Origin: Alphaproteobacteria bacterium
GTDB taxonomy: Bacteria > Pseudomonadota > Alphaproteobacteria > GM7ARS4 > G965262615
Length of the DNA stretch: 64,000 bases
NCBI GenBank assembly: GCA_965262615.1
Contig: OZ253545.1
Coordinates: 224,001 to 288,000 of the forward strand
Direction of reading: 5' to 3'
Shown: positions 31,003-44,900 of the stretch, piece after piece
Layout of the letters: each line of letters starts with the position of its first letter
Numbering within the stretch: position 1 is the stretch's first letter
The notes under the pieces: model-generated
The model's input: the letters and a program-made list of their open reading frames with translations, nothing else
The model's database searches: none
What the model was told of the DNA's origin: nothing
Position numbers and translations under genes: made by a program

Positions 31003-31284
31003 ATGGCACAAAAAAATGACAAGGATTATATCATCAATGGATTAAAAGACTTGAACAAACAAATTAAAAACATCAATCCAGCACAATGGGCGGTGATTGT
31101 TGCATCCCTTGTGGCAGGTTATTTTATCTACCAAGACTACGCTGACAAAAAATCAGAAGCACAATTTTGCGAGGATCTATTCAGGAGCGGGATCGGGACA
31201 TATAAGCCTCCGATTAAAATCTTCGCCAATCCCCCGCATATTACAAAAATTTGTGCAAAACACTGGAAATATATATTAAGGTAA
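31003..31284 (+). CDS. Small hypothetical single-TM protein
   Basis: AAGGAG RBS, one TM helix, two Cys. Confidence 0.65.
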   Translation: MAQKNDKDYIINGLKDLNKQIKNINPAQWAVIVASLVAGYFIYQDYADKKSEAQFCEDLFRSGIGTYKPPIKIFANPPHITKICAKHWKYILR

Positions 31285-31370
31285 AAAGACGCACATAGTA
31301 CAATCTCATCTGTTCATTTCGCGTTTTTTTATTGATTGTTAAACCACCTTTTCATGCCTATAATGTAATC

Positions 31371-31829
31371 ATGAAGTTGTTTCTCAAAAATAATGTCGCA
31401 TCGGCGATTATTATTGGGCAGGTACTTTTTTCTGTGGCGTTTTTGTATGTGTCCATAGAAACTCGCTTTGCCAACATAGAAACCCGCTTTGCCAACATAG
31501 AAACCCGCTTTGCTGGTGTGGAAGCTCAGCTGACCGTCATGAATGCCCGCCTTGATGGGCTGGATGAAATGAGAAAAGACATTGTGGAGCTTAAAGAAAA
31601 TCAGCGCGCCATCATCCGACTGCTTGAACGCATGGATCAACGCGTTCTCAATGTGGAAGTTCTTGCTCTGCAAAACAAAAAAGAGTTTTTGCTGACAAAG
31701 CCACAAACCGCCGACACCCGCAATCAACTGGCTGCCGTCCAGAAAAAACTGGACTATCTTGACGAGCTCGGTCGCACACGCACCTATATCAACCCGTCTG
31801 AGCCCTACGCCCCTCCCACTGACGGCTAA
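31371..31829 (+). CDS. TM-anchored coiled-coil protein (paralog A)
   Basis: N-terminal TM, IETRFAN heptad repeats; TTGTTA-17-TATAAT promoter just upstream. Confidence 0.75.
   Translation: MKLFLKNNVASAIIIGQVLFSVAFLYVSIETRFANIETRFANIETRFAGVEAQLTVMNARLDGLDEMRKDIVELKENQRAIIRLLERMDQRVLNVEVLALQNKKEFLLTKPQTADTRNQLAAVQKKLDYLDELGRTRTYINPSEPYAPPTDG
31454..31513 (+). repeat. 21-bp tandem repeat (about 3 copies) encoding IETRFAN
   Basis: CATAGAAAC(T/C)CGCTTTGCCAA units at 31454, 31475, 31496. Confidence 0.9.
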
Positions 31830-31834
31830 ATAGC

Positions 31835-32200
31835 ATGAAGGCGTTTCTCAAAGACAATTATGCATTCGTGATTATTTCTGGACAGTTGTTTTTGTCCACG
31901 GCGTTTCTCTATGTGACAATAAACAAGAACTTTGACCGCTTAGAAGCCTCCATGGAAAGACACTTTGGCAATAAGGAATCCTCTATGGAAACCAATTTTA
32001 CCAGTATCAAATCCGAGCTGACCGCCATCAATGCCCGCCTTGCTGGACTGGAAGAAGGGATGAGCGACATCAAAAAATCCCTTGCGAGACTTGAAGAAAA
32101 CCACGCGCGACTTGAAAAAAATCAACGCGCCATCATCCGACTGCTTGAAAGAATGGATAGGGAGTATCAAACTCGTCAAAAAATAGCCAATAGCTTGTAG
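31835..32200 (+). CDS. TM-anchored coiled-coil protein (paralog B)
   Basis: Shares MKxFLKxN...III.GQ, LTxxNARL and NQRAIIRLLERMD with the upstream gene. Confidence 0.78.
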   Translation: MKAFLKDNYAFVIISGQLFLSTAFLYVTINKNFDRLEASMERHFGNKESSMETNFTSIKSELTAINARLAGLEEGMSDIKKSLARLEENHARLEKNQRAIIRLLERMDREYQTRQKIANSL

Positions 32201-32252
32201 CCCACCAAACAAATCCTTGCCTTTTGCGACAAATTCTTTATAGTGCCCGTTC

Positions 32253-33545
32253 ATGCCGGACAATGATTACAAAGTAGCGGACATCTCCCTCGCCCAGTGG
32301 GGACGCCACGAAATCACCATCGCCGAGACCGAAATGCCCGGGCTCATGGCGTTGCGCGACCGCTACAAAAAAACCAAACCCCTCAAAGGCGCACGCATCA
32401 CGGGATGCCTTCATATGACAATCCAAACCGCCGTGCTCATAGAAACGCTTATAGAGCTGGGGGCAACCATCCGCTGGAGTTCATGCAACATATTCTCCAC
32501 GCAAGATCACGCCGCCGCCGCCATCGCCGCCAAAAATATTCCCGTCTTTGCATGGAAGGGTGAGACCGAAGACGAATACTGGTGGTGCATTGAGCAAACC
32601 CTCGCATCACCGAACGGCTGGACTCCCAACATGCTGCTGGATGACGGCGGCGACCTCACCATCCATGTGCATGAAAAACACCCTCATCTTCTCAAAGACA
32701 TCAAAGGATTGTCGGAGGAAACCACCACAGGGGTGATGCGTCTGCGAGAAATGCAAGCTGCCAAAACCCTCAAAGCCCCCGCGTTTGATGTCAATAACAG
32801 CGTCACCAAATCCAAGTTTGATAACATCTACGGCTGTCGCGAAAGCCTCATTGATGGCATCAAGCGCGCCACTGATGTCATGCTGGGGGGCAAAACAGCC
32901 GTGGTGTGCGGCTACGGCGAAGTGGGCAAAGGCTGCGCCGATTCTCTCAGAGGACAAGGCGCACGGGTGATTGTCACCGAAATAGACCCCATCTGCGCCC
33001 TGCAAGCGGTCATGAACGGCTACAATGTCAGCACCATGGATGAAGTCGCATCACACGCCGATATTTTCGTCACCGCCACAGGAAACTGCGATGTCATCAC
33101 CCTTGACCACATGCGCCACATGCGCGATCGCGCCATTGTTTGCAACATCGGACACTTTGACAGCGAAATTCAGGTGGCGGCACTGGAAAATATGCAATGG
33201 CAAGAGATCAAACCTCAGGTGGATGAAATCACCTTTCCCGATGGCAAAAAAATCATCCTGCTCGCCAAAGGACGCCTCGTCAATCTGGGCTGTGCCACAG
33301 GGCATCCCAGCTTTGTCATGAGCGCATCCTTCACCAATCAAGTGCTGGCACAAATTGAACTGTGGAACAACGCCCAAAACTACGCAAACAAAGTCTATGT
33401 TCTGCCGCGCATTTTGGACGAAGAAGTCGCCCACTTGCATTTGGAAAAAGTCGGCGCAAAGCTCACCGCGCTCAATAAAAAACAAGCCGATTATATCAAT
33501 GTGCCGCAAAAAGGCCCCTTCAAGGACGACCTCTACCGCTACTGA
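32253..33545 (+). CDS. ahcY: Adenosylhomocysteinase
   Basis: [38 protein letters not shown]. Confidence 0.98.
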   Translation: MPDNDYKVADISLAQWGRHEITIAETEMPGLMALRDRYKKTKPLKGARITGCLHMTIQTAVLIETLIELGATIRWSSCNIFSTQDHAAAAIAAKNIPVFAWKGETEDEYWWCIEQTLASPNGWTPNMLLDDGGDLTIHVHEKHPHLLKDIKGLSEETTTGVMRLREMQAAKTLKAPAFDVNNSVTKSKFDNIYGCRESLIDGIKRATDVMLGGKTAVVCGYGEVGKGCADSLRGQGARVIVTEIDPICALQAVMNGYNVSTMDEVASHADIFVTATGNCDVITLDHMRHMRDRAIVCNIGHFDSEIQVAALENMQWQEIKPQVDEITFPDGKKIILLAKGRLVNLGCATGHPSFVMSASFTNQVLAQIELWNNAQNYANKVYVLPRILDEEVAHLHLEKVGAKLTALNKKQADYINVPQKGPFKDDLYRY

Positions 33546-34576
33546 TTACCCACTGATGACCCACCGGGCGCACCTTGCGTGGTGGAATAGACAAAACGCG
33601 GCGACTTGCCCTCAAACACAATGGGATACACCCCACGCGCCGCCAGAGCCCCTTCGGCAAAACCACTCAAAATGAGTTTGAGCTTGTTCTCATAAGTGGC
33701 AATATCACCAATGGCAAAAACGCCCGCTCGAGATGTCTCACAGCGTGTGGGCGATACTTCAATCATTCCGTCCTGCATGGACAGCCCCCACTCGCCGATG
33801 GGACCAGGGTCAGAGCGCAACCCAAAAAACGCCAGCATGGCATCACATGGAACGGTTTTGGTCTCGCCCTGCATGGTTTTCACCACCACGCCCGATAGTT
33901 TTCCCGTTTGCGTGTCCCCTTGCAGTGCGTCCAACACATAGGGGGTGATGAGGGTGAGCTTGCCGTCCGCATGAGCTTGTTCCATGCGCGCCACACTGTC
34001 GGGTGCGGCACGAAAACGAGCCCGCCGATGCACCACCGACACCGATGAGGCAATGTCCATGAGATCCAATGCCCAATCCACAGCGGAATCACCACCGCCC
34101 GCAATCAACACGGCGCGTCCCTTAAAAATACTTTTCTGCGGCACATGATAAAAAACACTGTGCTCCTCATAGTGAGCCAAACCCTCAAGAGGAGGCTTGT
34201 TAGGACCAAACGCACCCCCGCCCGCCGCAATAATCACCGCCGCCGCACCCACGGTGTCACCATTGGAAAGATGCAAACAAAAGCCCTTTTTGATGTCACC
34301 CTCCAGCTTCATCACGCGCGCCCCCAATGTTTTTTGCGGCTGATAGGGAGCGATTTGTTTCTCCAACTGAGCAATCAAATCCCCGCCACTAATCTGCGGA
34401 TAGGCGGGAATATCATAGATGGGCTTTTCGGGATACAAAGCGGAACATTGCCCGCCGGTCTCGTCCAGCGCATCAATGAGATGACACGCCATCCCCAACT
34501 GACCGCACTCAAAGACGGCAAACAAGCCCACAGGACCCGCGCCAATGATAGCAATAGATGGATGTTCCGAGTTCAT
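33539..34576 (-). CDS. Ferredoxin--NADP reductase (TrxB/YumC-like)
   Basis: [42 protein letters not shown]. Confidence 0.9.
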   Translation of the reverse strand: MNSEHPSIAIIGAGPVGLFAVFECGQLGMACHLIDALDETGGQCSALYPEKPIYDIPAYPQISGGDLIAQLEKQIAPYQPQKTLGARVMKLEGDIKKGFCLHLSNGDTVGAAAVIIAAGGGAFGPNKPPLEGLAHYEEHSVFYHVPQKSIFKGRAVLIAGGGDSAVDWALDLMDIASSVSVVHRRARFRAAPDSVARMEQAHADGKLTLITPYVLDALQGDTQTGKLSGVVVKTMQGETKTVPCDAMLAFFGLRSDPGPIGEWGLSMQDGMIEVSPTRCETSRAGVFAIGDIATYENKLKLILSGFAEGALAARGVYPIVFEGKSPRFVYSTTQGAPGGSSVGNQ

Positions 34577-34871
34577 CAATTCAATATGTAACGAAATGTA
34601 TCAATTTGCGAGAAAAATATCGTCAGACATAAAGGGCGAATTGTGACGATTTTTTAGTTATTAAACCTATCAAAAAATCTTTTCCTTCTTGCAAAACCAA
34701 TAGGCAACGCTAGAAACAGCTAGCCACACTAGTGGTAACAGCAAGAAATACACTTCCCTTTCTCATAGTGACCCCGCCTAAAAAACCCTGTAAAATCAAC
34801 ACACGGAGATTCAACTCTACACAAAAAAAAAACAAATGACAAGTCTTTTTGTATCAAGAATTTTGCGTATG

Positions 34872-34918
34872 ATACCACTTCTTGTGGGTTGCAAAATGAT
34901 AATTGGCTTATCTTGTGT
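34872..34918 (+). promoter_or_regulatory. Putative tandem NrdR boxes
   Basis: ATACCACTTCTTGTGG (34872) and TTGGCTTATCTTGTGT (34903), 31 bp apart, partial matches to acaCwAtATaTwGtgt, upstream of nrdJ. Confidence 0.55.
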
Positions 34919-34978
34919 GTATCTTGTTCAAATGGCTGTTAACAAATGCCTATTGTCTGTTGATGGGCTGTTGATAAG

Positions 34979-37900
34979 ATGAAAATAAAACGATTGTTTA
35001 CGGAGAAAAATAAATCTCCCTATAATCACTTTGAATTTGACAAAGTGAATACCGAGATTCGCAATCGTGACGGCGGCATTGTGTTTAGCCAAAAATCCTT
35101 TGAAGCCCCGAGTCATTGGTCACAAAACGCCTGTGATATACTGGCTCACAAATACTTTCGCAAAAAAGGCGTTCCTGCCAAAACAACCGCCGTGCAGGAA
35201 CAAGACATTCCCGCATGGCTGAGCCGCCGCACACCTTCCGCCAAAACCACCTTTGGCGGCGAGACCAGTGCCAAACAAGTCTTTGACCGCATGGCAGGCA
35301 CATGGAGCTACTGGGGCATGAAAGGTGGCTATTTTGATTCCGAAGATGATGCCGCCGCCTTCTTTGACGAAATGCGTTTCATGCTGTGTGCGCAAATGGC
35401 TGCACCCAATTCTCCGCAGTGGTTCAACACCGGACTGCACTGGGCATACGGCATTGATGGGCCTCCGCAAGGACATTTCTATGTCGATGAAAACAATAAA
35501 ACCAACAAATTCGCGGTGAAAAAATCCACTTCTTCCTACGAGCGACCTCAGCCTCACGCCTGTTTCATTCAAAGCATTGATGATGACCTTGTCAATGAGG
35601 GGGGCATCATGGATTTGTGGGTGCGGGAGGCTCGTCTGTTCAAGTATGGCTCAGGCACGGGGACGAATTTCTCCAACCTGCGCGGCGGCGGTGAAAGTCT
35701 CTCGGGCGGCGGCAGTTCATCCGGCATGATGAGCTTTCTCAAGGTGGGTGATCGAGCGGCGGGTGCAATCAAATCGGGCGGCACGACGCGGCGCGCCGCC
35801 AAAATGGTCTGTGTGGATGCCGACCACCCCGACATTGAGGAATTCATTCATTGGAAATCCACCGAAGAGCTCAAAGTGGCATCTTTGGTGGCAGGCTCGC
35901 ACACCGTCAAAAAGCATCTCTCCGCTATCTTTGACAGCTGCTTGCAATTCAACGCCTCAAAGCAAAAACAAAACGATGCCTATGACATCACCATCAACAA
36001 GGGACTGAAAAAAGCCGTTGCCGATGCCCGCCGCGCCATGGTGCCCGATGGCGCAGTGGATCGCGTCATTCAATACGCCAAACAAGGACAAACCCAATTA
36101 GACCTGCCCCTCTATGACACCGACTGGGATTCCGAATCCTATCGCACCGTCTCTGGACAAAATGCCAACAATTCGGTGCGCCTCAGCGACGACTTCATTC
36201 ACGCCGTCAATCAAAATGATGACTGGCTTTTGAAAAATCGTGTGGGTGGTGAGACAAAAACTATTTCGGCGCGTCACCTGTGGGATGATATTGCTCGCGC
36301 CGCATGGACATCCGCCGATCCGGGTGTGCAATTTGACACCACCATCAACGATTGGCACTGCTGTCCTGCGGGTGGGCCCATTCGTGCGTCCAATCCCTGT
36401 TCGGAATACATGTTTTTGGATGACACCGCGTGCAATCTGGCATCCCTCAATCTGATGGCGTTTCAAAAGGGCGATGGTGGCTTGAACATTCCGTCTTTTT
36501 GTCATGCGGTTCGTTTGTGGACTTATGTTCTGGAGATATCGGTTTTCATGGCGCAGTATCCGTCCGAGCGCATTGCCCAGTTATCCTATGAGTATCGCAC
36601 TTTGGGCTTGGGTTTTGCTCATTTGGGCGGCTTTTTGATGGCGGCGGCTCTGCCCTACGACAGTGACGAAGGACGCGCCACCGCCGCCGCGATCAGTGCC
36701 CTCATGACCGCCACCAGCTATCACGCCAGCAGTCAAATGGCAAAAGAAATGGGAGCTTTTGTGCAGTTTGACAATAATCGCGATGCCATGCTGCGCGTCA
36801 TTGCCAATCATCGGCGCGCCGCGCACGGCAAAACTGACGGCTATGACCAGCTCTCTAAAAATCCAATGCCCTTGCGTAAGGAGCACTGTCCGTGGCAGGA
36901 CATTCCCGAAGCCGCCGCCAAAGCATGGCATGATGCCCTTGAGGAAGGAAAGCGTTACGGCTATCGCAACGCTCAAACCACCGTCATCGCGCCCACAGGC
37001 ACCATCGGCATCGTCATGGATTGCGACACCACAGGCGTTGAACCGGATTTTGCCCTGGTCAAACACAAACAACTGGCAGGGGGCGGCTCAATGCGTATGA
37101 TCAATCGTGCCACCGACTTGGCTCTTGCCCGCATGGGATACAATGAACGGCAACGCCAAGAAATCAAAAACTTCATGGTGGGACATGGATCCCTTCGCAA
37201 TGCTCCCGTCATCAATCATGATAGCCTTCAACAAAAGGGATTGAGCAAGGCACAAATTAAATCTTTGGAGAGAAGATTGGAAAACGCATTTCACATCAGT
37301 GCGGCGTTTCACCCCGCTTTGCTGGGTAAAAAATTCTGCGTTCAACAACTGGGTATGAGCGAAGAACGGCTGAATGACCCCCATCTGTCCTTATTGCACG
37401 AAATGGGATTCTCCAACAATGATATTCGCCTTGCCAATGATTACTGCTGTGGCAAAGGCACCATTGAGGGCGCACCTCACATCAAAGAATCCCATTATGC
37501 CGTGTTTGACTGCGCCAATCGCTGCGGCGAATATGGCACACGATTCCTATCTCCCGAAAGTCACATTCGCATGATGGCGGCGGTGCAGCCGTTTATCAGT
37601 GGTGCCATTTCCAAAACCGTCAATATGCCCAAAGACGCCACCATTGAGGATTGCAAACAGGCTTATTTCTTATCGTGGGAACTGGGAGTCAAAGCCAACG
37701 CCCTCTATCGTGATGGCAGCAAGCTCTCACAACCGCTCAGTGCCGAATTTGCGACCCCTCATGATTTAGACGAAGAAGAACCAACGGCTTCAATACCCAG
37801 ACTCATCCCTCTGGGCAAACGCAAAAAACTCCCCGAAAAGCGGAATGGTTACACGCAAAAAGTCACCATTGATGGGCATAAACTCTACCTGCGCACGGGA

Positions 37901-38476
37901 GAATACGAAGACGAATCTCTTGGCGAAATTTTTATTGACATGCATAAAGAAGGCACAGCATTTCGCAGTCTGATGAATAATTTTGCCATTGCCATTTCCT
38001 TGGGATTACAATACGGCGTCCCTCTTGAGGAATTTGTGAATGCCTTTGTTTTCACTCGCTTTGAGCCCAATGGCATGGTTCAGGGCAATAAACAGATCAA
38101 AATGTCCACATCCGTTGCCGACTATATCTTTAGAGATCTTGCCATTCACTACTTGAATCGCTCCGACTTGGCGCATGTGACCGATGACGATTTGCTTCCT
38201 AGTCAAATCGGTAAGGGGGAAGAAGCAGAAAGCTTGCCTGAACAAGATGCACCAGATGAGACTTTGCAAGAGACGCAAGAGCAACCTCATCTTCAATTGG
38301 TGAAGGATGAGGCTCATTCTTCATCTTTCCAATTTTCTCAATTAGACCCTACAACAGTTGCTCGTCAAAGGGGTTATACGGGCGATATGTGTCCCTCCTG
38401 TGGCAATTTTACCCTCGTGCGCAACGGCACATGTTTGAAATGCATGACCTGTGGCGACACCAGCGGCTGTAGTTGA
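34979..38476 (+). CDS. nrdJ: Vitamin B12-dependent (class II) ribonucleotide reductase
   Basis: [38 protein letters not shown]-terminal Cys-rich tail; no intein seen. Confidence 0.96.
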   Translation: MKIKRLFTEKNKSPYNHFEFDKVNTEIRNRDGGIVFSQKSFEAPSHWSQNACDILAHKYFRKKGVPAKTTAVQEQDIPAWLSRRTPSAKTTFGGETSAKQVFDRMAGTWSYWGMKGGYFDSEDDAAAFFDEMRFMLCAQMAAPNSPQWFNTGLHWAYGIDGPPQGHFYVDENNKTNKFAVKKSTSSYERPQPHACFIQSIDDDLVNEGGIMDLWVREARLFKYGSGTGTNFSNLRGGGESLSGGGSSSGMMSFLKVGDRAAGAIKSGGTTRRAAKMVCVDADHPDIEEFIHWKSTEELKVASLVAGSHTVKKHLSAIFDSCLQFNASKQKQNDAYDITINKGLKKAVADARRAMVPDGAVDRVIQYAKQGQTQLDLPLYDTDWDSESYRTVSGQNANNSVRLSDDFIHAVNQNDDWLLKNRVGGETKTISARHLWDDIARAAWTSADPGVQFDTTINDWHCCPAGGPIRASNPCSEYMFLDDTACNLASLNLMAFQKGDGGLNIPSFCHAVRLWTYVLEISVFMAQYPSERIAQLSYEYRTLGLGFAHLGGFLMAAALPYDSDEGRATAAAISALMTATSYHASSQMAKEMGAFVQFDNNRDAMLRVIANHRRAAHGKTDGYDQLSKNPMPLRKEHCPWQDIPEAAAKAWHDALEEGKRYGYRNAQTTVIAPTGTIGIVMDCDTTGVEPDFALVKHKQLAGGGSMRMINRATDLALARMGYNERQRQEIKNFMVGHGSLRNAPVINHDSLQQKGLSKAQIKSLERRLENAFHISAAFHPALLGKKFCVQQLGMSEERLNDPHLSLLHEMGFSNNDIRLANDYCCGKGTIEGAPHIKESHYAVFDCANRCGEYGTRFLSPESHIRMMAAVQPFISGAISKTVNMPKDATIEDCKQAYFLSWELGVKANALYRDGSKLSQPLSAEFATPHDLDEEEPTASIPRLIPLGKRKKLPEKRNGYTQKVTIDGHKLYLRTGEYEDESLGEIFIDMHKEGTAFRSLMNNFAIAISLGLQYGVPLEEFVNAFVFTRFEPNGMVQGNKQIKMSTSVADYIFRDLAIHYLNRSDLAHVTDDDLLPSQIGKGEEAESLPEQDAPDETLQETQEQPHLQLVKDEAHSSSFQFSQLDPTTVARQRGYTGDMCPSCGNFTLVRNGTCLKCMTCGDTSGCS

Positions 38477-38949
38477 TGGCATCCACTTTTTTGCAACAAA
38501 AGGCGGCGGCACAAGGAATTGTTCTGCCGCCTGTGGCAAAGGCTGCCGCCCGTTACGCTCCTTATTGTGTGGCAAACGGTTGCGTCATGGTGTCTGGGCA
38601 ATTGCCTCTGCACAATGGGAAGATTGCTCACAGCGGACGCTGTGGAGATGGTGTCACCCTTGATGATGGCATTGCGGCGGCGCAATTGTGTGTGCTGAAT
38701 GTCCTCGCCCAATTGGATGATGCCATTCTCACCCATCGGTTAGCTTCATTGCGTCTTGTTTTTGTGCGTGGCTTTGTGGCATCCCACCCCGACTTTCACG
38801 AGCAACATTTGGTGATGAATGGTGCATCAGAAATGCTGGGGCGATTCTTTGATGAGCCTCACGCACGGGCGGCGGTGGGAGTCTCATCTCTGCCGCTCAA
38901 CGCCTCGGTGGAGGTGGAAGCCGTTGCTTCACACCAACCGATTGATTAG
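38476..38949 (+). CDS. RidA/YjgF family protein
   Basis: VSGQLP, VMNGASE, HARAAVGVSSLPLNASVEVE. Confidence 0.88.
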   Translation: MASTFLQQKAAAQGIVLPPVAKAAARYAPYCVANGCVMVSGQLPLHNGKIAHSGRCGDGVTLDDGIAAAQLCVLNVLAQLDDAILTHRLASLRLVFVRGFVASHPDFHEQHLVMNGASEMLGRFFDEPHARAAVGVSSLPLNASVEVEAVASHQPID

Positions 38950-41900
38950 AAGGACATCTTGAAGGTTGCCGAATGGCTTCGGGTATCGCCACCCAGTCCA
39001 TAGACTCCTTCATAATCCAGCGATCCCGTCAGATCATCATCGGCAAACAAAACCACACCCGTTGCAAAGTCAATGAAGAAGTCTTCCATAGAATCCCTAT
39101 AGGTCATCGTGCCGACATTTTCACCGGCAAAGCGTGACTCAATATCAATATCGTCACTGCCACTGACAACATAGGTCATGCCGACTCGCACCAGAGGCTT
39201 GATTCCCGTCCGTCCCGAATAGTGATAATCGCCGCCCACCAAGAATCCTCCATGCAAACTGGCAAAGGTGGTTGTGTGATCCACCACATCAAGCGTAAAT
39301 GGTGCGGTGCTGCTGTGTCTCACCTTGACCGATTCGGTCACATTCCTCATATGCACCTGCATGATGCTGGCACCAGCATTGGGCTCAAAATAGAAATCGG
39401 GTGATTGGATGCGATAAGAGATCTGTCCATGAACGCCGTAGTTGAGGAAAAGAGGTCTCGATTCCACTTCAGCACCCCCAAAGGTTTCTCTGCGCAGATT
39501 GTGGGTGGTCACACTCATGGTGACACCACCGCCTGCTTTGAGTCCTTTGTGATCCGTCATGCCATGTTGATTGTAGTATCCTGCGGCAGCAAACAAGAAG
39601 CGGTGTCCGTCACTCTCGCCACCCAGTTTATTTTCATGACGCAAGAAACTGTAGCCGCCACCCAATGAAAGATTCACTTTAGGCATCACCGAAACATTCC
39701 AGAAGGCGGCAAGGTTGATGGGCGAATCTTCATTAAAACCGATGCCATCCTTGCTGTCTTTGCGGATATAAGACCCCCACAAGGCAGAGCGGCGACACTC
39801 AGTGACTCCATCTCGGCGTTGCATTTGGAAGGATTGGCGGTTTTTGTCACCGGTCATGTAATCTTCACCACACGATTGGTTGAGAATTTGGTGAGCAAAC
39901 TTGCGGTCTGCCAGCCAGCTGGATTGCACCAGCGAGCCGTAAATGGGAGCGGCAACCCGATCAAGAGCATCACCAATGGATTGCGCATCATCAAAATTAG
40001 CCACAACATCAAGCAAATCATCAAACACTTTGGTGTCATCGCTGCTCACAAGAGCTTCTTGAAGAGCCGTGGCAATGGCTCGTTGTCTTTGATTAAGAGC
40101 ATCGTCTCCAGCCAAAGTGGTGAAGCCACGACGAACAAGAGAACTCAGCGTGGTGGCTTCATTAAAGGAACTGGACGAACTCGTGCCCGTGTATTGATAT
40201 GTCCTTGAACCAACCGTGACGAAAATGGCGGCTTTTTCAAGAATTCTTCTGACAATCGTCCCACTGTCATTTGTGCCAGCATCCGAGCCATCACTATTTT
40301 TGATCGTCAATTGACTGCTGCCATTGGCGATGAGTCCATTGGAGAAGGTGATGGTGTTGGTGTTTGCAAATTCCCCTGCAGTCCCTGATGACGCTTCCAA
40401 GCGAACATAGAGTTGTGTCCCTGCCTCAATGGTGACATTGGTGCCGGCATCACCAATGAGAATGCCAGCTACCGGTGAAATTGCCATCAGCGGAGAAAGT
40501 GCCACCGACGACAATCTCTAATGTGGAGCCACTTTTGACATTGAAATTTTCGAGCCCCGACAATGATGCTTTGCCCATATTGAGATGTCCCGAAACATTG
40601 ACGGTGTCATTGCCATCGCCAAAGTTAGAATCGGAAATATTAATGCGTCCGCCCGCAGACACATTGATGGTGTCATCGCCGGCTCCTGTGGAAAATCCTC
40701 CCGTTGCCGTATTGCCGCTATATTCGGTATAGGTGACATCGCCACCACCTGTGACTCTGAGAATATCCCCTTCGGTGGAGATTCTTCCAATATTGTACAC
40801 GGTGATATTTCCTGTGTTGGCACTGCCGCCAATATAAATGGCATGGGAATTCGCTCCAGCAAGATTGATCGTTCCACTATTGGTGACGGTGACATCGCCC
40901 TCTCCAGGGATGACCACATTGATGCCACGATGATCATTGCCGCTGGTGGTGAAAACAAACCCGAGATCCCCGCTGTTGGTGATGATGACATCGCCATCTC
41001 CTCCCGCTTCAACATGCATGGCAGTGAGGGAAGAGTTGGTGGAATTAAAGTACAAATTAGCACCATTATTGATGGTCACCGCCTGCTGAGACTTGACGAA
41101 AAGAGCCGAGCGACCCGCTCCATTGACAAAAACATTGCGCTTGACACCACCGATCATGAGATTGACCGTGAGATCACCCGTCACCCTACTATTACTGTCA
41201 GCACCATTAATCTCAATACCATGACGACTGCCCGTGGTGTTAATGTTGCCACTGAAGTTGTTCAGATTAATGGAAAGGCTTCCTTGATAGGGATGACGCT
41301 GAGGCTCAGCAGGGTCATCACTGATGTATCTGAGGAATATTTTCCTAAAATCAATACCCGCTTGGCTCAATTGGGTTCGATCGCCGAGAGAACAACCGAT
41401 GGCATTGCGAGCCAAACTGCAGCTGAGACTTGTGGGTTCTGGAGGAACATCGGTGAGTCCCGTCCATGCCAGAGTGATGGACTTGGCATCGTTTGGATCT
41501 CTCACCAAAGTGAAACTCTCAACGCCGTACTCAAGCCTTCCATCATGACTTCTAAAGACGACATCAACAGAGGACAATGAATTGGAAGAGTCGGTGAGAG
41601 TCGCCGCCGTGATGAAAGTAAAAGCCGTCTGCGTGTGCGGATTTGTCAAATCAAATCCCACAGGCAGTCTGATTTCAATGGCGAAGGCTCTTTGGATATC
41701 CAATGTGCCGTCCAAAGTGAGAACTGTTTCAAAGGCATTTTCTTTGCGCTCAAGGAAGAAACGCAGAGTTGCGCCCGCATTGACGGTGAATGTCTCCAGC
41801 CCCGTAATCGCCACCTCATGGGATGCCCGGTTGGCACTGCCAATACTGAACACGCCATTATTGACGGTGAGAGAGTCATTTGTGCCGGCACCAGCCTTAA

Positions 41901-44900
41901 TGCCCCCCGTGACAATGCTGTTGTTCCCGATGGTGATTGCCACATCCCCTGCAAAATCGGTGGAATCAAGGATATATTCAGCATCCACGGTGCCGCCGTC
42001 AAAATTGATGGTGGTATTGTCATCGGTGTGCCCGCCTCCCAATTTGATGGCGGTCACCTTGCCTGAACCGAGAATGTATCCCCTGTTGGTGATGTCCAGA
42101 TCTTTGTCATTGTCGTCATTGTCGGCACTGGTGGGTGACATCACCTTAATGCCGTAGGACGCACTGTCTGACGAGGACGCAACACGAATAATTCCACTAT
42201 TGGTGATGGAAATATTACCAAAAGCCGTCTGAGCCAGAATCCCCACATGGGAGTCACCGCAATCACTGGTGCATGCTGCGGTCAAGCCGATGGTGGCACT
42301 GTTGGAAATGGTGACATGCCCTGCTGCAATCGCATTAGCCCGAATTCCGTGGAACGACTTGCTGTCGGCTTTGATATTTGTAAAGAGCAAATCTCCCTGG
42401 TTATCAATGGTAATGTCACCATACTCCGTGTAAGAACCGACACTGCTGCTGCCACGGGGAACGACACGAGTCCCTTCTGACACAACGAACATGGCAGCTT
42501 TATTGTTTGCCCCCACATAGACGGCTTGTTTAGCTGCATTGCTGGTATTGGTTTGATTATTGACGGTGATATGTCCTGTCACCTGAGACGGGGGGAGGTC
42601 GAACACGGAGGACTGCGTGTCGTTAACACTTCTCGTACTGCCATTAATGTTGATGCCATGCCCTGAGCCGTTCTCATTGATGGGTCGCCCGAGATTATCA
42701 AAAGAGATGATGAGATAACCATCAAACACACGACTGGAGGGATTGCTGGTATTTTGCAAAATAGCACCCAAATCAATTCCGACATTACTCAAGAAAGATG
42801 ACGCGGACCCACAGCTGATGGTCGCCTGCGGGGCGGTGCGGGGATTAGTCGCGGGGTCTCTCCTCACTGCGACAGTTTGTTGTGTTCTTTGACAGGTCAA
42901 TCCGTCTTCAATTGTCAGATTAGCCACTTCTGCCAAACGGATGACATCGTAGGTTCGGTACGCGCTTATTTCATTGCGATTGTTGTTATTCAGGCGCGTT
43001 TGGACTCCGTATGTCAATCTTGCTTTTTCAAGGGAGAAAGTTCCCGTGTAAATATAGCCATTTTGATTGACAACGATGCGTCCCGCCATCAGATTCAAAA
43101 GGGCATCACTCACAGTAATTGTGGGAGCTTGAATCAACACATATTCATCCTCAAAGAATTCGGCAAAGACAGTGCCTGCCACAAAAAGCTCAAGGACGGG
43201 GGCATCACTTGCGTTCGTTCCATTGAATGCAAGATTGTAATCAAACGCCCGGAAGAAGGATGATGCATTCCCCGTTCCCGTATGGAAGAGACGCAAGGTA
43301 CTGCCGGCATTGATGTTGAAGGTCTCCAAACCAGAGAATCTGAGGCTCGTGCCGGGCGTTTTTTCAGAGCCCAGTGTGAGTCTTCCGCCACTGTTAACAT
43401 TGAGGGTGTCCGTTCCTGTGCCGGCGGTGAGGTGGTCGGTGATTTGCAATGTTCCGCCCGAGACGGTGATGGTATCATTGCCACTGCCAAAATGGATACT
43501 TCCGCTATTGACACCGCCCGTCACATTGAGATTCACCCGACCGCGAAAGTGGCGAGAATGGACGATGGTGGAGCTATCAACCCGTCCGCCATTGAGGTTG
43601 ATGATGGCTTGATCATTACTATCACCGTAAAGGAGATAGGTGGCGACTGAATTGTCTCCCTCAATGACTCCTGTGTTGGTGATGGTGATGGTGTCGGTGG
43701 CAGACCCTGCTCCTGTTGAAGGACCAAAGACGATAATTCCATAGGAATTGGCTGTGGAGGCGGACACTCTGATGGTGCCGCTATTGGTCACATTAACAGT
43801 TCCTGTTCCAGCATGGTTGGCGATCAATCCGTAGTGCGCCGTGCCACAGTTGGCGGTGCAGGCGTTAGCAAATCCGACTGTGGCACTGTTGGTGATGGTG
43901 ATATTTCCGTCAGATGCGGAGGTGGCATAGACTCCGTAGAAGTTAGCCGAATCGCTTTTGACTCCATCAAAGATGAGGTCTCCTGCATTATGAAGCGTGA
44001 CGCTCTTGGCGGATTTAATACGGATAGCAGACCTTTGGCTTGTGCGAACAAATGTGGTGCGTTTGACGGTGCTGCTCGTTTGATAGTTAACGGTGATGCT
44101 CCCTGTCACTTTGGAGGTGGAGAGATCCCCATTGACCACAAACCCACTGCCAATGCCTGAGCGATTCACATTGTCAGCGATGTCATTGATGGTGAGGATG
44201 AGGTCTCCATTGATTGTGCTGTTATTGGTGGCGGCAAAGATGTGTCCCAGGTTCAATCCTCTGACAAATTCTTGTGCGCCGACAGTTCCTCCCGTGCAAT
44301 TGATGCTGCTGGAGCCACGGCAACTCATGGAGGTGGGATTAAAGATCTCATAGAGATTTCTCCACGCCAAATCCAGCTTGCCGCCGTCTTGGGCGAGAGT
44401 GATATCGCCTGTGTACATGCTGCCATTTCTGTGAATTCTCACGCGCGCCGCCAGATTGGCAAGGGTGAGGGATCGTCCCAAAGTGATTCCTGATGAATTG
44501 ATGAGGGTGAAAGGAATGATCTGGTTGCCAGGAATTCCTCTATCGGAATCGTCATCGGTCAGATAGATATCCAAGACGGGTGCGACCGTGCCATTGAAGA
44601 CAAGCGCGCCGCCAAGATTGAAGGTGGATTTGTCGGAATCAAGATACAAACGCAAGGTGCTGTTGGCGTTAAGAGTGAATGTCTCCAGCCCCGTGATGGT
44701 GACATCACTGGAGCGACTGAAGCCGTCCCCAATGGCGACTGTTCCGCCGCCATTGACGGTCAGGCTGTCACTGCCAGCTCGCCAATCGCTGTTTCCTTGG
44801 GTGAGGGCGAAGATTGCGCCACTGTTGATATTGAGTTGGTCATCTCCTGCCGTTCCGCCAAAGCGAATGTTGGTGCGCGAGCCATTGTTGGCATTGACGA

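Noticed and set aside
34979-38476. Intein or intron in nrdJ
   Set aside because: Length and motif order are normal for alphaproteobacterial NrdJ; no splicing or homing endonuclease motifs
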